A stretch of 64,000 bases of DNA from Candidatus Helarchaeota archaeon (GCA_019058315.1 JAHPZH010000001.1:695536-759535), one strand, 5' to 3'; counted from the stretch's first letter, positions 28,953-38,959 are shown. Notes: generated by a model not told the origin, from the letters alone. Translations and numbers: made by a program.

Positions 28953-29930
28953 GTGTTAATGAATCAAGTTTATATCGGTTGTGGAGGATGGGCATATGCT
29001 GATTTTGGAGATTCTCCAGGGACCCAGCTAGATAATTATGCTAAATTATTTAATTTTGTTGAAGTAAATTCGACATTTTACAGTCTTCCAAAGATAACAC
29101 AATGTGAAAGATGGAGGAATACAGTTCCTGCGGACTTTTCGTTTGCTGTAAAATGTAATAGGGGAATATCGCATCTTGGTCTTCTTAAACCAAGTAATCA
29201 GCTAATTAGACTTCTTAAGAAAATGACAGAAATTTGTAAAAAGTTAGAAGCTATAGCATTAATTATTCAAACTCCAAATAATTTTCTAAAAAAGCCACAG
29301 AACTTAAAAAATGCAAACGATTTATTTACGAGCATCGAATCATCTATTGATTTAGTATGGGAAATCCGGGGATATCAGCAATTTCCTCAATTACAATCTG
29401 AATTAAAGCAAATTCTTACGCAGCATAATATTTCACATTGTACTGATATTTCCAAAGATATTCCCCTTTATACAGCCAATTTAGCTTATACCAGACTCTT
29501 TGGCCAAGGAGAACAAAATATGTGGCAATTTGATGATAATGAAATCAAGCAAGTTCATAACAAAGTAGAAAATCTAAGAAAAGAAAAAAAAGTAGCTGTA
29601 ACATTCCATACGATGCGAATGGAAAGAGATACTGCACGATATCAAGAATTTTCAAATAATAATGTCTTAATCCCTACCACTGATTCTATCGGCTTAGAGT
29701 CTATCATGGATGTATTAAAAGAATATAATAAGTTTCCAATTACAAAAAAAGAATTACTGGATGCACATGGTTGGAAATTAATTGATTTAACTCCTCATTT
29801 GAGGATCAGAGCATCAAAACTGCTTAATAAATTACCAAATACGAAATATACCAGTTTTCAGTTCATAGAGGATCATTTGCGAAATATATTAGGTCAAATT
29901 AATCAGAAAAAATTAGATCACTTCTTTTAA
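28953..29930 (+). CDS. DUF72-domain protein with C-terminal extension
   Basis: YIGCGGWAY, FVEVNSTFY, FSFAVK, WEIRG, YTRLFG. Confidence 0.85.
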   Translation: MLMNQVYIGCGGWAYADFGDSPGTQLDNYAKLFNFVEVNSTFYSLPKITQCERWRNTVPADFSFAVKCNRGISHLGLLKPSNQLIRLLKKMTEICKKLEAIALIIQTPNNFLKKPQNLKNANDLFTSIESSIDLVWEIRGYQQFPQLQSELKQILTQHNISHCTDISKDIPLYTANLAYTRLFGQGEQNMWQFDDNEIKQVHNKVENLRKEKKVAVTFHTMRMERDTARYQEFSNNNVLIPTTDSIGLESIMDVLKEYNKFPITKKELLDAHGWKLIDLTPHLRIRASKLLNKLPNTKYTSFQFIEDHLRNILGQINQKKLDHFF

Positions 29931-29982
29931 GACTATTTTCTCCTCTTAAAATCATATAATGAAAATAAAAAAAAAAGAATGT

Positions 29983-31548
29983 TTATTTTCCTTCTTTGCT
30001 AGCTAGTCCTATTGCTAAAGGGATAAAAAATATTCCAGCAGTAATGCCAATTCCTATTATATCGTTCATTTGTTGGTCCCCACCGCTACTTGTAGCCAAT
30101 ATTAACATTAGTAAATCCATAGGTGAAAGTCCCTCTTCTAACCCTGCAGTAGTTGCTTCATACACTAAATTCCAACCTCCAGGTCCACCCATATATAATG
30201 CATTTCGAGTACATATCCCTGAGGCGGCTAAGGTAAATTCAACCTTAAAACTTCCAACATCCGTTGCAGTCCCATTCCATATTACCCACTTTCCAGGAAT
30301 TCCACCAGGGCTTGTATGATTGAAGCCAGGAACTGGTCCACCCATTGAAACAAATGCATATGTCATATTTACAATTGTGTGATTAGCTGCAGTAAAGTTT
30401 TGAGGTGCAATTTCTAACATTGGAATTCCCATATCGACGAAACCCATTATAAGACCATTTGAATAATAATTATATTGCCCAAAAATAGTATCATTATAAT
30501 TATCAAAAGATGCTATTGAGTTAAATGCGGCAATTAAGGTTGTTGCAAACGGGTTTGTGGTACCATATGTACTATTGTAATAACTATAATTTCCATATAA
30601 CGTATTTGCAATCCATCCATTTGGAAATATTGAGGGAGAAGAACTATTAACAGTTATAATATCGACTATAAGTTTATCACCTCTTTTTACGGGTATACCA
30701 AAACTAGGATCAACTTTGGTTATCGTATATGTCCAAGAAGCACCCGGAGAAACGGAAAATCCTCCAGATAATACTGTGGATGGAGGTAATAAGACCGTCT
30801 CAAATGTTAAATTCCAACCAATCGGGCTATTTACGTAAAATGCGTTTCTTGTGCAAAATCCGGAAGCATTAAAGGTAAATTCATATTTAAAACTAGTAGG
30901 TGTTGTAGAGGAACCATTCCAAATTTCCCACGTTCCATTTATGCTTGCTGGACTTGTGTGATTGAATGTGGGATCTGGTCCATACATTGAGAAATACGTA
31001 TAGGTTGTATTTACAATTGTGTGATTAGCTGCTGAAAAATTATTAGGAATCAATTCCATCATCGGCATTCCATTCATGTACATGAATCCAATAAGTAATC
31101 CTTGACTAAAATAATAATATTTTCCAAATAACATGTTTGAAACATTGGTATATGGGTGGGTTGAGTTGTAACCTCCAACAAAAGTTTCATTACCATCGAA
31201 AAGATCATCCCAGACTCCTGCTGTGCTGTTGAAATAAGCGTAATAACCAAATACGGTATCTGAAATCCAAGGACCTAGCGGATTTGGTTGTTGAAGCAGT
31301 GGTATTGCAGAATTATTTGTTTTGGATAATGTAATTTGAAAATGATCACCAGCAGTCATATCCAAACCAAGCGAAGGTTCACATTTTGTAATATTATAAA
31401 TCAAAGAATCACTTACAGTAACTTGGTATCCATCAGGCCCCTCTATAAAATTAGGTCCAATTGCTAGAACACGTTGAACTGGGAAAAGAAATAATAAAAA
31501 TGGAATAATTAAGGCAATCACTAGTAATAAGAATGTATTCTTTCTCAT
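29983..31548 (-). CDS. Secreted, C-terminally anchored surface glycoprotein with two ~214-aa repeats
   Basis: Signal peptide, two homologous halves (NFSAANHTIVN / NFTAANHTIVN, FNHTSP, GWNL) and a C-terminal TM with a basic end. An exact 24-nt repeat at 30367-30390 and 31009-31032 gives an offset of 642 nt. Confidence 0.75.
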   Translation of the reverse strand: MRKNTFLLLVIALIIPFLLFLFPVQRVLAIGPNFIEGPDGYQVTVSDSLIYNITKCEPSLGLDMTAGDHFQITLSKTNNSAIPLLQQPNPLGPWISDTVFGYYAYFNSTAGVWDDLFDGNETFVGGYNSTHPYTNVSNMLFGKYYYFSQGLLIGFMYMNGMPMMELIPNNFSAANHTIVNTTYTYFSMYGPDPTFNHTSPASINGTWEIWNGSSTTPTSFKYEFTFNASGFCTRNAFYVNSPIGWNLTFETVLLPPSTVLSGGFSVSPGASWTYTITKVDPSFGIPVKRGDKLIVDIITVNSSSPSIFPNGWIANTLYGNYSYYNSTYGTTNPFATTLIAAFNSIASFDNYNDTIFGQYNYYSNGLIMGFVDMGIPMLEIAPQNFTAANHTIVNMTYAFVSMGGPVPGFNHTSPGGIPGKWVIWNGTATDVGSFKVEFTLAASGICTRNALYMGGPGGWNLVYEATTAGLEEGLSPMDLLMLILATSSGGDQQMNDIIGIGITAGIFFIPLAIGLASKEGK

Positions 31549-31697
31549 AGCATTTCAATTCTTTATTATAATTTTTAGATTAGTATAATACTAAAAAACA
31601 ACATTATTAAAATAGTTTATTTTTGGGGTTAAACATCTATAGTTAAAAAAATAAATGAAAATCCAACTTTTAAATCTAATAATAACTAGAGGAAGAA

Positions 31698-33047
31698 TTA
31701 GCTATATTTTTTAATAAGCCGTTCAACTTGCTGAACTGAAGTACCGATATAATTCTTAGGATCTAGCCATTGATCCAATTCTTGAGAAGAAATCATTTGT
31801 TTTAGATCGGGGTCTTCTAAAATTCCTTCCTTAAAATCTAGATTTTCTTTTTTACATTTAATTGCGATTTTTCTTAATTTTTCATGTGCTATTTGTCTAC
31901 TAATCCCTTTTTCAACTAATTTAACCATGATTTTTTCTGCAAATATCTGTCCTTTTGTCATTTCCAAATTATTTTTAATATTTTCATAATTAAATTCAAG
32001 TCCATGGATAATCGAAATCATTTGGGTAAGCATATAATCTAATAAAATGAAAGTCTGAGGATAAATAACTCTTTCACAAGCTGAGTTTGAAAGATCACGC
32101 TCATGTTCTTGAAGGGCAGCATTATCAAGTACAGGGATTAAGTTTGAATAAATTACACGAAATAGACCACAAATCCGCTCGGATTTGTGTGGATTGCGTT
32201 TGCTGGCTAAGGTTGAACTCCCTACTTGCGATTTCTTGAAAGGTTCGAATATTTCAGCAATTTCAGTTCTTTGAAGATTTCTTATTTCCTTCGCGATTTT
32301 TGATAAAGTTGTTCCAACTAATGCGAGAAAGAAAAAAATCTCTGAATGTAAATCTCTCGGAACAATTTGGTTTGAAATTTCACTTTCTTTTATACCTAAT
32401 TCAGACATGACTAATTTTTGAATTTCGAAACCTTTTTCTCCAAAACTAGCCATTGTACCTACCATTCCACTCATTTTTCCTGCAATTGCTCTATTTAAAA
32501 TTTCTTTATTTCTTTCTAAATGCCTATTGATTTCAGTTGCCCAAAGAGCAAATTTCATCCCATAGGTTGTAGGTACTGCGTGCTGTCCATGTGTTCTACC
32601 TACACAAACTGTTTCTTTCTCACGTTTTGCTATTTTTATTAATCCTTTTCTTAATTCTAGTAGTCTTGTATTAATAATTTTTAGAGCATCTCTCAAAATT
32701 AAAGCCCATGCTGTATCTACTATGTCATAACTAGTTGCTCCATAATGTATGTAACCTCCTGCATCTTCCTCACAAACTTCTGCAAATGCTCGCACCATCG
32801 CCATTATATCGTGATGGATTTGATTTTCAATTTCTTTTACCCTTTCTAACTTGACAAATTGTGTTGAACCTTTTTTTTGAATTTTTTCAGCTGCCTGTTT
32901 AGGGATATTTCCTATTTTGGCATGGGCATTAGCCAAAGCAACTTCTACATCTAACCATTTTTGCAATTTATATTCTTCAGTAAATAAGGATTTCATTTCT
33001 TTTGTAAAATATCTATATTCAATGGGACTTACTGCCAAAATATTCAC
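31698..33047 (-). CDS. purB: Adenylosuccinate lyase
   Basis: HHDIMA, IHYGATSYD, GRTHGQHAVPTT, GSSTLASKRNP, ERDLSNS. Confidence 0.93.
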   Translation of the reverse strand: MNILAVSPIEYRYFTKEMKSLFTEEYKLQKWLDVEVALANAHAKIGNIPKQAAEKIQKKGSTQFVKLERVKEIENQIHHDIMAMVRAFAEVCEEDAGGYIHYGATSYDIVDTAWALILRDALKIINTRLLELRKGLIKIAKREKETVCVGRTHGQHAVPTTYGMKFALWATEINRHLERNKEILNRAIAGKMSGMVGTMASFGEKGFEIQKLVMSELGIKESEISNQIVPRDLHSEIFFFLALVGTTLSKIAKEIRNLQRTEIAEIFEPFKKSQVGSSTLASKRNPHKSERICGLFRVIYSNLIPVLDNAALQEHERDLSNSACERVIYPQTFILLDYMLTQMISIIHGLEFNYENIKNNLEMTKGQIFAEKIMVKLVEKGISRQIAHEKLRKIAIKCKKENLDFKEGILEDPDLKQMISSQELDQWLDPKNYIGTSVQQVERLIKKYS

Positions 33048-33084
33048 CTAAAATATTTAATCATATTTCTCTAATATTCATTAA

Positions 33085-34455
33085 TTAATTACACTTTTTT
33101 AAAATACCTTCTGCGGCTATTAATCCAGAAAGTGCAGCTGCAACAATTCCTCTAGTTAAACCTGCACCATCTCCAGCCACAAATAAATTATTAACACTTG
33201 TCTCTAAAAATTGATTGGTAATTACACGTTTAGCAGAATATTTAATTTCAGGAGCATAAAGCAATGTTGAATTATTAGCCACTCCTGGGATCAATTTATC
33301 TAATTTTTCCAAAGCTTCGATGATATCTATGAAGATCCGATGAGGCAATGCCATGCTGATATCTCCAGGGGTCACATTTTTAAGAGTTGGTTGTATAAAA
33401 TTATTTTTTAATTTGCTCCACTTAGATCTTCTATTTTTTCTTATATCCCCTAATCGTTGTATTAAAGGTTTTCCTCCCCCTAATGTAGCACAATTGAACG
33501 AAATAGTTTCTCCATAGGCCGTAGTGTCTTCTAATGGTTCTGTCAAAGATATCTTTACAAGTAAAGCAAAATTTGTATTGTTTGATCGCTCTGAAAGAAA
33601 AGAATGACCATTTGTTGTAATATTTCTTTCTCCATAAACTTCCTGGACTACGAAACCTTGATGATTTACACAAAAAGTCCTGACAAAATCATCATAAGTA
33701 GGAGTAAAAATATGAAATTTCGGATCTCTTGCAATAGAACAAATAGGTTCCATTACTGTAGATGGTACTTCAACTCTTACACCAACATCTAATGGCTCAT
33801 ATCGTGTTTCTACACCAATTTCACTCATTTGTTCTGAAAGCCAAGTCATACCAGATCTACCTGGTGCTACTAGACAAAAATCATATTTAATTTCTTTTCC
33901 CTTTGTTGTTATTATTTTATTGGGTCTTATAGTATCTACTTCCGTATTTAAAAGAAATTCGACCCCATTATTTTCTAATTTTTTTTGGATTGCACTAATT
34001 ACTTTTGGGGCGTTTTCAGTACCTATATGTCTTTGAGTTATGGGAATAAAATGTATACCAACTGAATTTGCTTTATTTTGTAATTCTTTAACTTGTGATT
34101 GCGAAGCTTGATATATATTTTTAGGAGCTCCATTAACAACAAATACATTATCAATATAATTAATTAATTCTAAAGCTTTTTGTTCATCTCCTGCTAAATT
34201 GCTTAATTCTCCGCCAATATTAGGATTTAAATTAAGTAATCCTGAAGAAAATAACCCCGCTCCACCTACCCCAGATAAAGTACGGCATGGTTCACAATTA
34301 GAGCAATATCTATAATCCTTTTGTAATTCACAATGCCGATTTTTAACTGGAGGTCCCTTATCTATAACTTTAATTTCTAATTGTTTATTTTCCATTAATT
34401 TATATGCTGCAAATAATCCTGCAGAACCTGCTCCAATAATTATAATTTTTTGCAT
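33085..34455 (-). CDS. NAD(P)/FAD-dependent oxidoreductase (COG2509-like)
   Basis: IIGAGSAG, Cys cluster CSNCEPC, GVGGAGLFS, DVGVRVE, VRTFCVN, NGHS, YAPEIKY, AGDGAG. Confidence 0.85.
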   Translation of the reverse strand: MQKIIIIGAGSAGLFAAYKLMENKQLEIKVIDKGPPVKNRHCELQKDYRYCSNCEPCRTLSGVGGAGLFSSGLLNLNPNIGGELSNLAGDEQKALELINYIDNVFVVNGAPKNIYQASQSQVKELQNKANSVGIHFIPITQRHIGTENAPKVISAIQKKLENNGVEFLLNTEVDTIRPNKIITTKGKEIKYDFCLVAPGRSGMTWLSEQMSEIGVETRYEPLDVGVRVEVPSTVMEPICSIARDPKFHIFTPTYDDFVRTFCVNHQGFVVQEVYGERNITTNGHSFLSERSNNTNFALLVKISLTEPLEDTTAYGETISFNCATLGGGKPLIQRLGDIRKNRRSKWSKLKNNFIQPTLKNVTPGDISMALPHRIFIDIIEALEKLDKLIPGVANNSTLLYAPEIKYSAKRVITNQFLETSVNNLFVAGDGAGLTRGIVAAALSGLIAAEGILKKCN

Positions 34456-34520
34456 TTTATTAAGATCCCAATTCGATATTGATAAAATTAATTTCTAGAG
34501 ATGAGTTCTATTAAATCAAG

Positions 34521-35000
34521 TTATTCATATTTTTTCCTTTTTTGTTCTCTATATAATTTTAGTTTTTCAGTCAATTCCTCGTTATATATAGCTATGATCT
34601 GAATAGCCAGAAGAGCCGCATTAGTTCCGTTATCAATTCCCACAGTCGCCACAGAAATTCCTGGCGGCATTTGTACAATAGAAAAAAGTGCATCTAAACC
34701 ACCTAAATTAACGTTAACGGGAACGCCAATAGTAGGTTTAATTGTTTTGGAAGCTATCACTCCTGGTAATGCAGCCGAAAGCCCCGCAATAGCTATAAAT
34801 ACTTGTGCGGGAGAAGAATTTATATAATTTTCTAATAAATATGGAGAGCGATGCGCTGAAAAAATTTTAGTTTCAAAAGGAATTTCGAATTCATCTAAAA
34901 TATCAGTAACTTGCTTTACAACCTCTCTATCAGCTTTATTTTTACTACCTGCAATAACTGAAATCAAAATATTGCTTTTTTTCACATCAATATCTGACAT
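34521..35000 (-). CDS. purE: AIR carboxylase / N5-CAIR mutase
   Basis: [44 protein letters not shown]. Confidence 0.92.
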   Translation of the reverse strand: MSDIDVKKSNILISVIAGSKNKADREVVKQVTDILDEFEIPFETKIFSAHRSPYLLENYINSSPAQVFIAIAGLSAALPGVIASKTIKPTIGVPVNVNLGGLDALFSIVQMPPGISVATVGIDNGTNAALLAIQIIAIYNEELTEKLKLYREQKRKKYE

Positions 35001-35123
35001 ATAAACTCCTTCAAAAGTTTTTTGATAATTTTTTTATTTATGTATTTAATAATTATTATTCTAATCCTATTAATAAAGAAAAAATACTATTTTCAATTTC
35101 TTATTTATGTCGAGAGAATTTCA

Positions 35124-38100
35124 ATGGTCAGTTTAATAGAATGGATACCAGATTTTTCTTATTTTGCATATAAAGTGGCAAATCCTATTAATTTAGCAAA
35201 AAGTTTAAAGTATCTAGAAGAAAAAATCAAAAAAGGTGATATATTTCAATCTCTTGATGTTTTATTTTGGACTATTGTTTTAATTGACCGCCTAGATAAA
35301 AAAGAATTAATAGATAACAAATTAATAAAAAAATACATTTCTGAATTAAAGCATGAAGATGGTGGTTTTAAATTCTCGTCTGATTTAGAAAGTCCAGACA
35401 CATTATCTACTTCTTATTCCATAGCCATTTTGAAAATATTAGGAATAAACGAGCTTATCGATGATAAGGATATAAATTTTATTATAAATTCTCAAAATGA
35501 GGGAGGATTCATTCATTGTAATTCCAAAAGTTGTCATATTAATTGTAAAGGAAGAGCCTCGGTCGAATTTAGCTTGTATGCCCTTACTGCATTAATTCTA
35601 TTAAGTAAACTTGAAAAAATAAATAAAAAACGATTAATAGATTACTTAAAAAGAGAGACAAAGGATAACATTGAGTTAATTTATCAAATTCTCGGTTTAA
35701 AATTAATTAATGCACTTAATATTGATGATTTTGAGAGAAAATTTCCAATTTTAACATCTTGGCAATTACCGAATAGCGGATTTGGAATTAATACTAAATT
35801 TCCATCTGCAGAAGATACATATTGGGTTGGTATCTGTCTAGGCTTATTAAAAAAACTGGATTTAATAGAATTTAATGGAGTATTAGATTTTATAAGGGGT
35901 ATGCAACAAGATAATGGAGGTTTTACAGGTCAATATACTAGTATAAGTTCGCAAAAACCAACTTTAATTAATACAGTACAATGTATTGTAAGCTTATTTT
36001 ATATTTGGAATAATATAATTGAGATAATTGAAAATGAAATTCTTCTGTGTGCCCGTGATTTTTCCGATATTTATTTAATTCCAATCACTGAAAAATTCTC
36101 GGTATCTATGGATCTAGTGGTAGAAATTGCCAATTGGCTTATTTCAAATAAATGGATTGAAGGAGAAATAATAAATAGAGAAGTGATGTTTGATAGTTAT
36201 TTTAATAAACAGAATCAAATCTCTCAAGAAATAATAAACGCAATTATGAAACACGTAAAATCTTTCCAAAAACAAAAAGAACTCGATTTGAAAGAGTTAA
36301 GTAAGAATTTTGATTTTTCCAATCCCCTAGAAAGGGTAAAATTAGTTGTAAATGATTTACTTATCAATAAATTTTTAACAGGGAATGTAAAAGCCTATAA
36401 GAAAAAATATATCCTTGAAAATTTTGCTCTACCTGGTAAATATATCCAGCTTTCAAAACCAATTTCGTATGAGGAGATAATCGGAGAAAAGAAACGATTG
36501 GAAGTAGATAAACAAAAATTAATTACCCTTCGTTCAGAATTAATTAAAACCTCTAGAACTATTTTTGAAGAAATTCAGAAATTTATTGATAAGGAAAAAA
36601 TTACTGAAGCAAATAATAAATTACAGGATGAAATAAAATCCACAAGAGAGAAAATTTCAAAATTAGAAGAATTGATGAAAAACCTCAATTCTGAATATAA
36701 AATAATTGATTTTAAGTTATCTAATTTTAAATTCCAAAAAAACTGGCCATCAATAAAAAATGTAATTATAAAAGAGCTCAGTACAACAAAATTAAAAATA
36801 GAAGAATTAATCAAGAAAAAGGAAAAAGATATTTCGAAACGTTCCCAAGAGAAGAAAGAAGAAGAGGCTATTAACACTTTACGTACAAAATTAAGAGAAA
36901 TTAAAAATAAAATGAATTTGTATCAAGTTGAAATTAAGAATTTTTTTCCAAAAAATTTTACTGATCATGAAAATACACTGAAATTAATTAATTCTATCTC
37001 TGATTATGTTATTGAATCTGATTCTAACCTCAATTCTGAGTTTTCAAATTTATCTTCTGATCTGAAACTTGAGAAATTTAAAAAAGAGCTTGAACAAGTC
37101 AAAACGTCCTGGGAAAAGGAGAAACAAGATAGAAAAGAACTTATCAAATCCTACCATATCAAAATTGAAAAGAGAATTGAATTAGAAAAATTAATTGAAA
37201 AAGTTACTTCAGAACTTGAAGAATTCTCTAAAAATAAAAATGAACAAATCATAAAACTAACTAATGATAATAAATTAGATGAAGGCTCTAAATTATTAAA
37301 TGAATCCATTAATAAGTTTAAAGAATTGAATTTAAAACAAAATAAAGCTATTAAAGATTTTTTAGAGAAAATAAATAAAGAAATTTCTGATTTTTCTAAA
37401 TATTCTAGCGATCTTGAATCGGATTGGCAAAAAAAATTCAAAATTGAAGAAGAAAGATGGGATAAAATAGTATCCGAATTGAATACAAAACTCCATTCAA
37501 GCTTTGAAATTGAAAAGAAAGATGAATTGGATGAAAAAATGAAGCACTATGCCGAGGATATTAAAACCTCAATAGAAAAAATGAAAAAAACTGTATTAGA
37601 ATTAATTGAAACTGATAAAGTGATTGATGCAGGAAATAATACCAAAGAATTGACTGTAAAAATAGATGAAGAAATTAAAAGATGTAATCAAGAATGTAAG
37701 GATTTTATAAAGGATAAAAGTCGTGATTTTAAAAATTTTCGCGAAACTGTAAATTCTATTATAGAAAATTGGGAATCTGATAGTGAAAAACTAGTCCAAT
37801 CCTTAGAAGAAACAAAAATTGAATTAAAAAAGAAAATAAATGAAAAAGGATCAGAATTAAGAAAAATTCAACTAGAAGAACTAATTAAAAATGAAATTTC
37901 TGAAATTGAAGGTAAGATTGATAACTTTAAACTAAATTTTAATCAAACTATTGATTTTGGAAAAAAATTAGACGATTTTGAAGAGAAATTTGAAACAGAG
38001 TTATCTCAAATTAGGGATTCGTTAAAAATTTCTGATGATAAAATAAAAGATGTTATTAAAACTGCATCAAAGATTTATGAAATATTTGAAGAGCTAACAT

Positions 38101-38816
38101 CAAAAGAAATTAAATATTGGGATGATTCAAAATCTTCAATCGAAAATCAGTTAGAAATGATTTCAGGAAAGATCAATGATGAAATTCTAATAGTGAAAAT
38201 ACAAACAATAGTCAGTGCTTTTAAAGGTAATAAAATTGATTTAAGTTATTTATCCAAGGCATTAAAAACCAAATTTGAATCTCTTAAATTAAAAATAATT
38301 GAATTAATTTCTGAAAAAAGACTTGTTGGTGAACTTGATACCTTTGATATGTTCATTTTAAAGGAAGAGGCTAGTCCTAGTAAATTATTAATAGAACAGG
38401 TAAATGAAATAAAGAAAGATATATTAAGAACGCGTTATTTAATGGTAATACATAATGAAATAGGAGCTTCTGTTTATAATAGACAATTAGGGGATTGGGA
38501 CCTCGATCCAAGTCTGATGAGTGGATTTTTATCAGCAATCCAGAGTTTTAGTTCAGAAATCAAGAAGAAAAAGATTCCCATGAAACGGATGGAATATAAA
38601 GATTTTGAGATTATAATGGAACAAGGGGATTATATATTAGTGGCTTTATTCATAGATGGAAGAGAATCGGACTGGCTTCGAAGCAAATTAAAGTTATATG
38701 TTACGGAATTTGAAAAAGAATATGGAGAACAACTAAAAGAATGGGGCGGTGAACTTGCTACATTCAGAAAATCGGGATTTTTAGTGGATAAAGCATTTGA
38801 ATTATTTAGAGTGTGA
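35124..38816 (+). CDS. Multidomain protein: prenyltransferase-beta-like toroid + winged helices + helical rod + PCI-like WH + longin-like domain
   Basis: Four prenyltransferase-repeat motifs (KHEDGGF, QNEGGF, QLPNSGFG, QQDNGGF). WH-like LISNKWIEGEI and LLINKFLTGNV. Long K/E-rich helices. PCI-like IDLSYLSKAL..IIELISEKRLVGELD. Longin-like RYLMVIH..GASVY..LMSGFLSAIQSF. ATG 35124 is preferred. Confidence 0.7.
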   Translation: MVSLIEWIPDFSYFAYKVANPINLAKSLKYLEEKIKKGDIFQSLDVLFWTIVLIDRLDKKELIDNKLIKKYISELKHEDGGFKFSSDLESPDTLSTSYSIAILKILGINELIDDKDINFIINSQNEGGFIHCNSKSCHINCKGRASVEFSLYALTALILLSKLEKINKKRLIDYLKRETKDNIELIYQILGLKLINALNIDDFERKFPILTSWQLPNSGFGINTKFPSAEDTYWVGICLGLLKKLDLIEFNGVLDFIRGMQQDNGGFTGQYTSISSQKPTLINTVQCIVSLFYIWNNIIEIIENEILLCARDFSDIYLIPITEKFSVSMDLVVEIANWLISNKWIEGEIINREVMFDSYFNKQNQISQEIINAIMKHVKSFQKQKELDLKELSKNFDFSNPLERVKLVVNDLLINKFLTGNVKAYKKKYILENFALPGKYIQLSKPISYEEIIGEKKRLEVDKQKLITLRSELIKTSRTIFEEIQKFIDKEKITEANNKLQDEIKSTREKISKLEELMKNLNSEYKIIDFKLSNFKFQKNWPSIKNVIIKELSTTKLKIEELIKKKEKDISKRSQEKKEEEAINTLRTKLREIKNKMNLYQVEIKNFFPKNFTDHENTLKLINSISDYVIESDSNLNSEFSNLSSDLKLEKFKKELEQVKTSWEKEKQDRKELIKSYHIKIEKRIELEKLIEKVTSELEEFSKNKNEQIIKLTNDNKLDEGSKLLNESINKFKELNLKQNKAIKDFLEKINKEISDFSKYSSDLESDWQKKFKIEEERWDKIVSELNTKLHSSFEIEKKDELDEKMKHYAEDIKTSIEKMKKTVLELIETDKVIDAGNNTKELTVKIDEEIKRCNQECKDFIKDKSRDFKNFRETVNSIIENWESDSEKLVQSLEETKIELKKKINEKGSELRKIQLEELIKNEISEIEGKIDNFKLNFNQTIDFGKKLDDFEEKFETELSQIRDSLKISDDKIKDVIKTASKIYEIFEELTSKEIKYWDDSKSSIENQLEMISGKINDEILIVKIQTIVSAFKGNKIDLSYLSKALKTKFESLKLKIIELISEKRLVGELDTFDMFILKEEASPSKLLIEQVNEIKKDILRTRYLMVIHNEIGASVYNRQLGDWDLDPSLMSGFLSAIQSFSSEIKKKKIPMKRMEYKDFEIIMEQGDYILVALFIDGRESDWLRSKLKLYVTEFEKEYGEQLKEWGGELATFRKSGFLVDKAFELFRV

Positions 38817-38959
38817 AATACATTCAAATTTTGGTATTATAATGACTTTTAGATTTTTAGAACATTGATTTTTATTAATGGTTTTATATAATATTGTTAA
38901 ATATATTTTCATTAACAAATTAACAATTTCGGGTTTAAGGATTAATTCTGGGATTATTT

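Noticed and set aside
35022-35123. Hydrophobic signal/TM-like N-terminus on the prenyltransferase-longin protein
   Set aside because: It derives from AT-rich intergenic DNA only 21 nt from the divergent purE start. ATG 35124 is more plausible, though a membrane anchor cannot be fully excluded.
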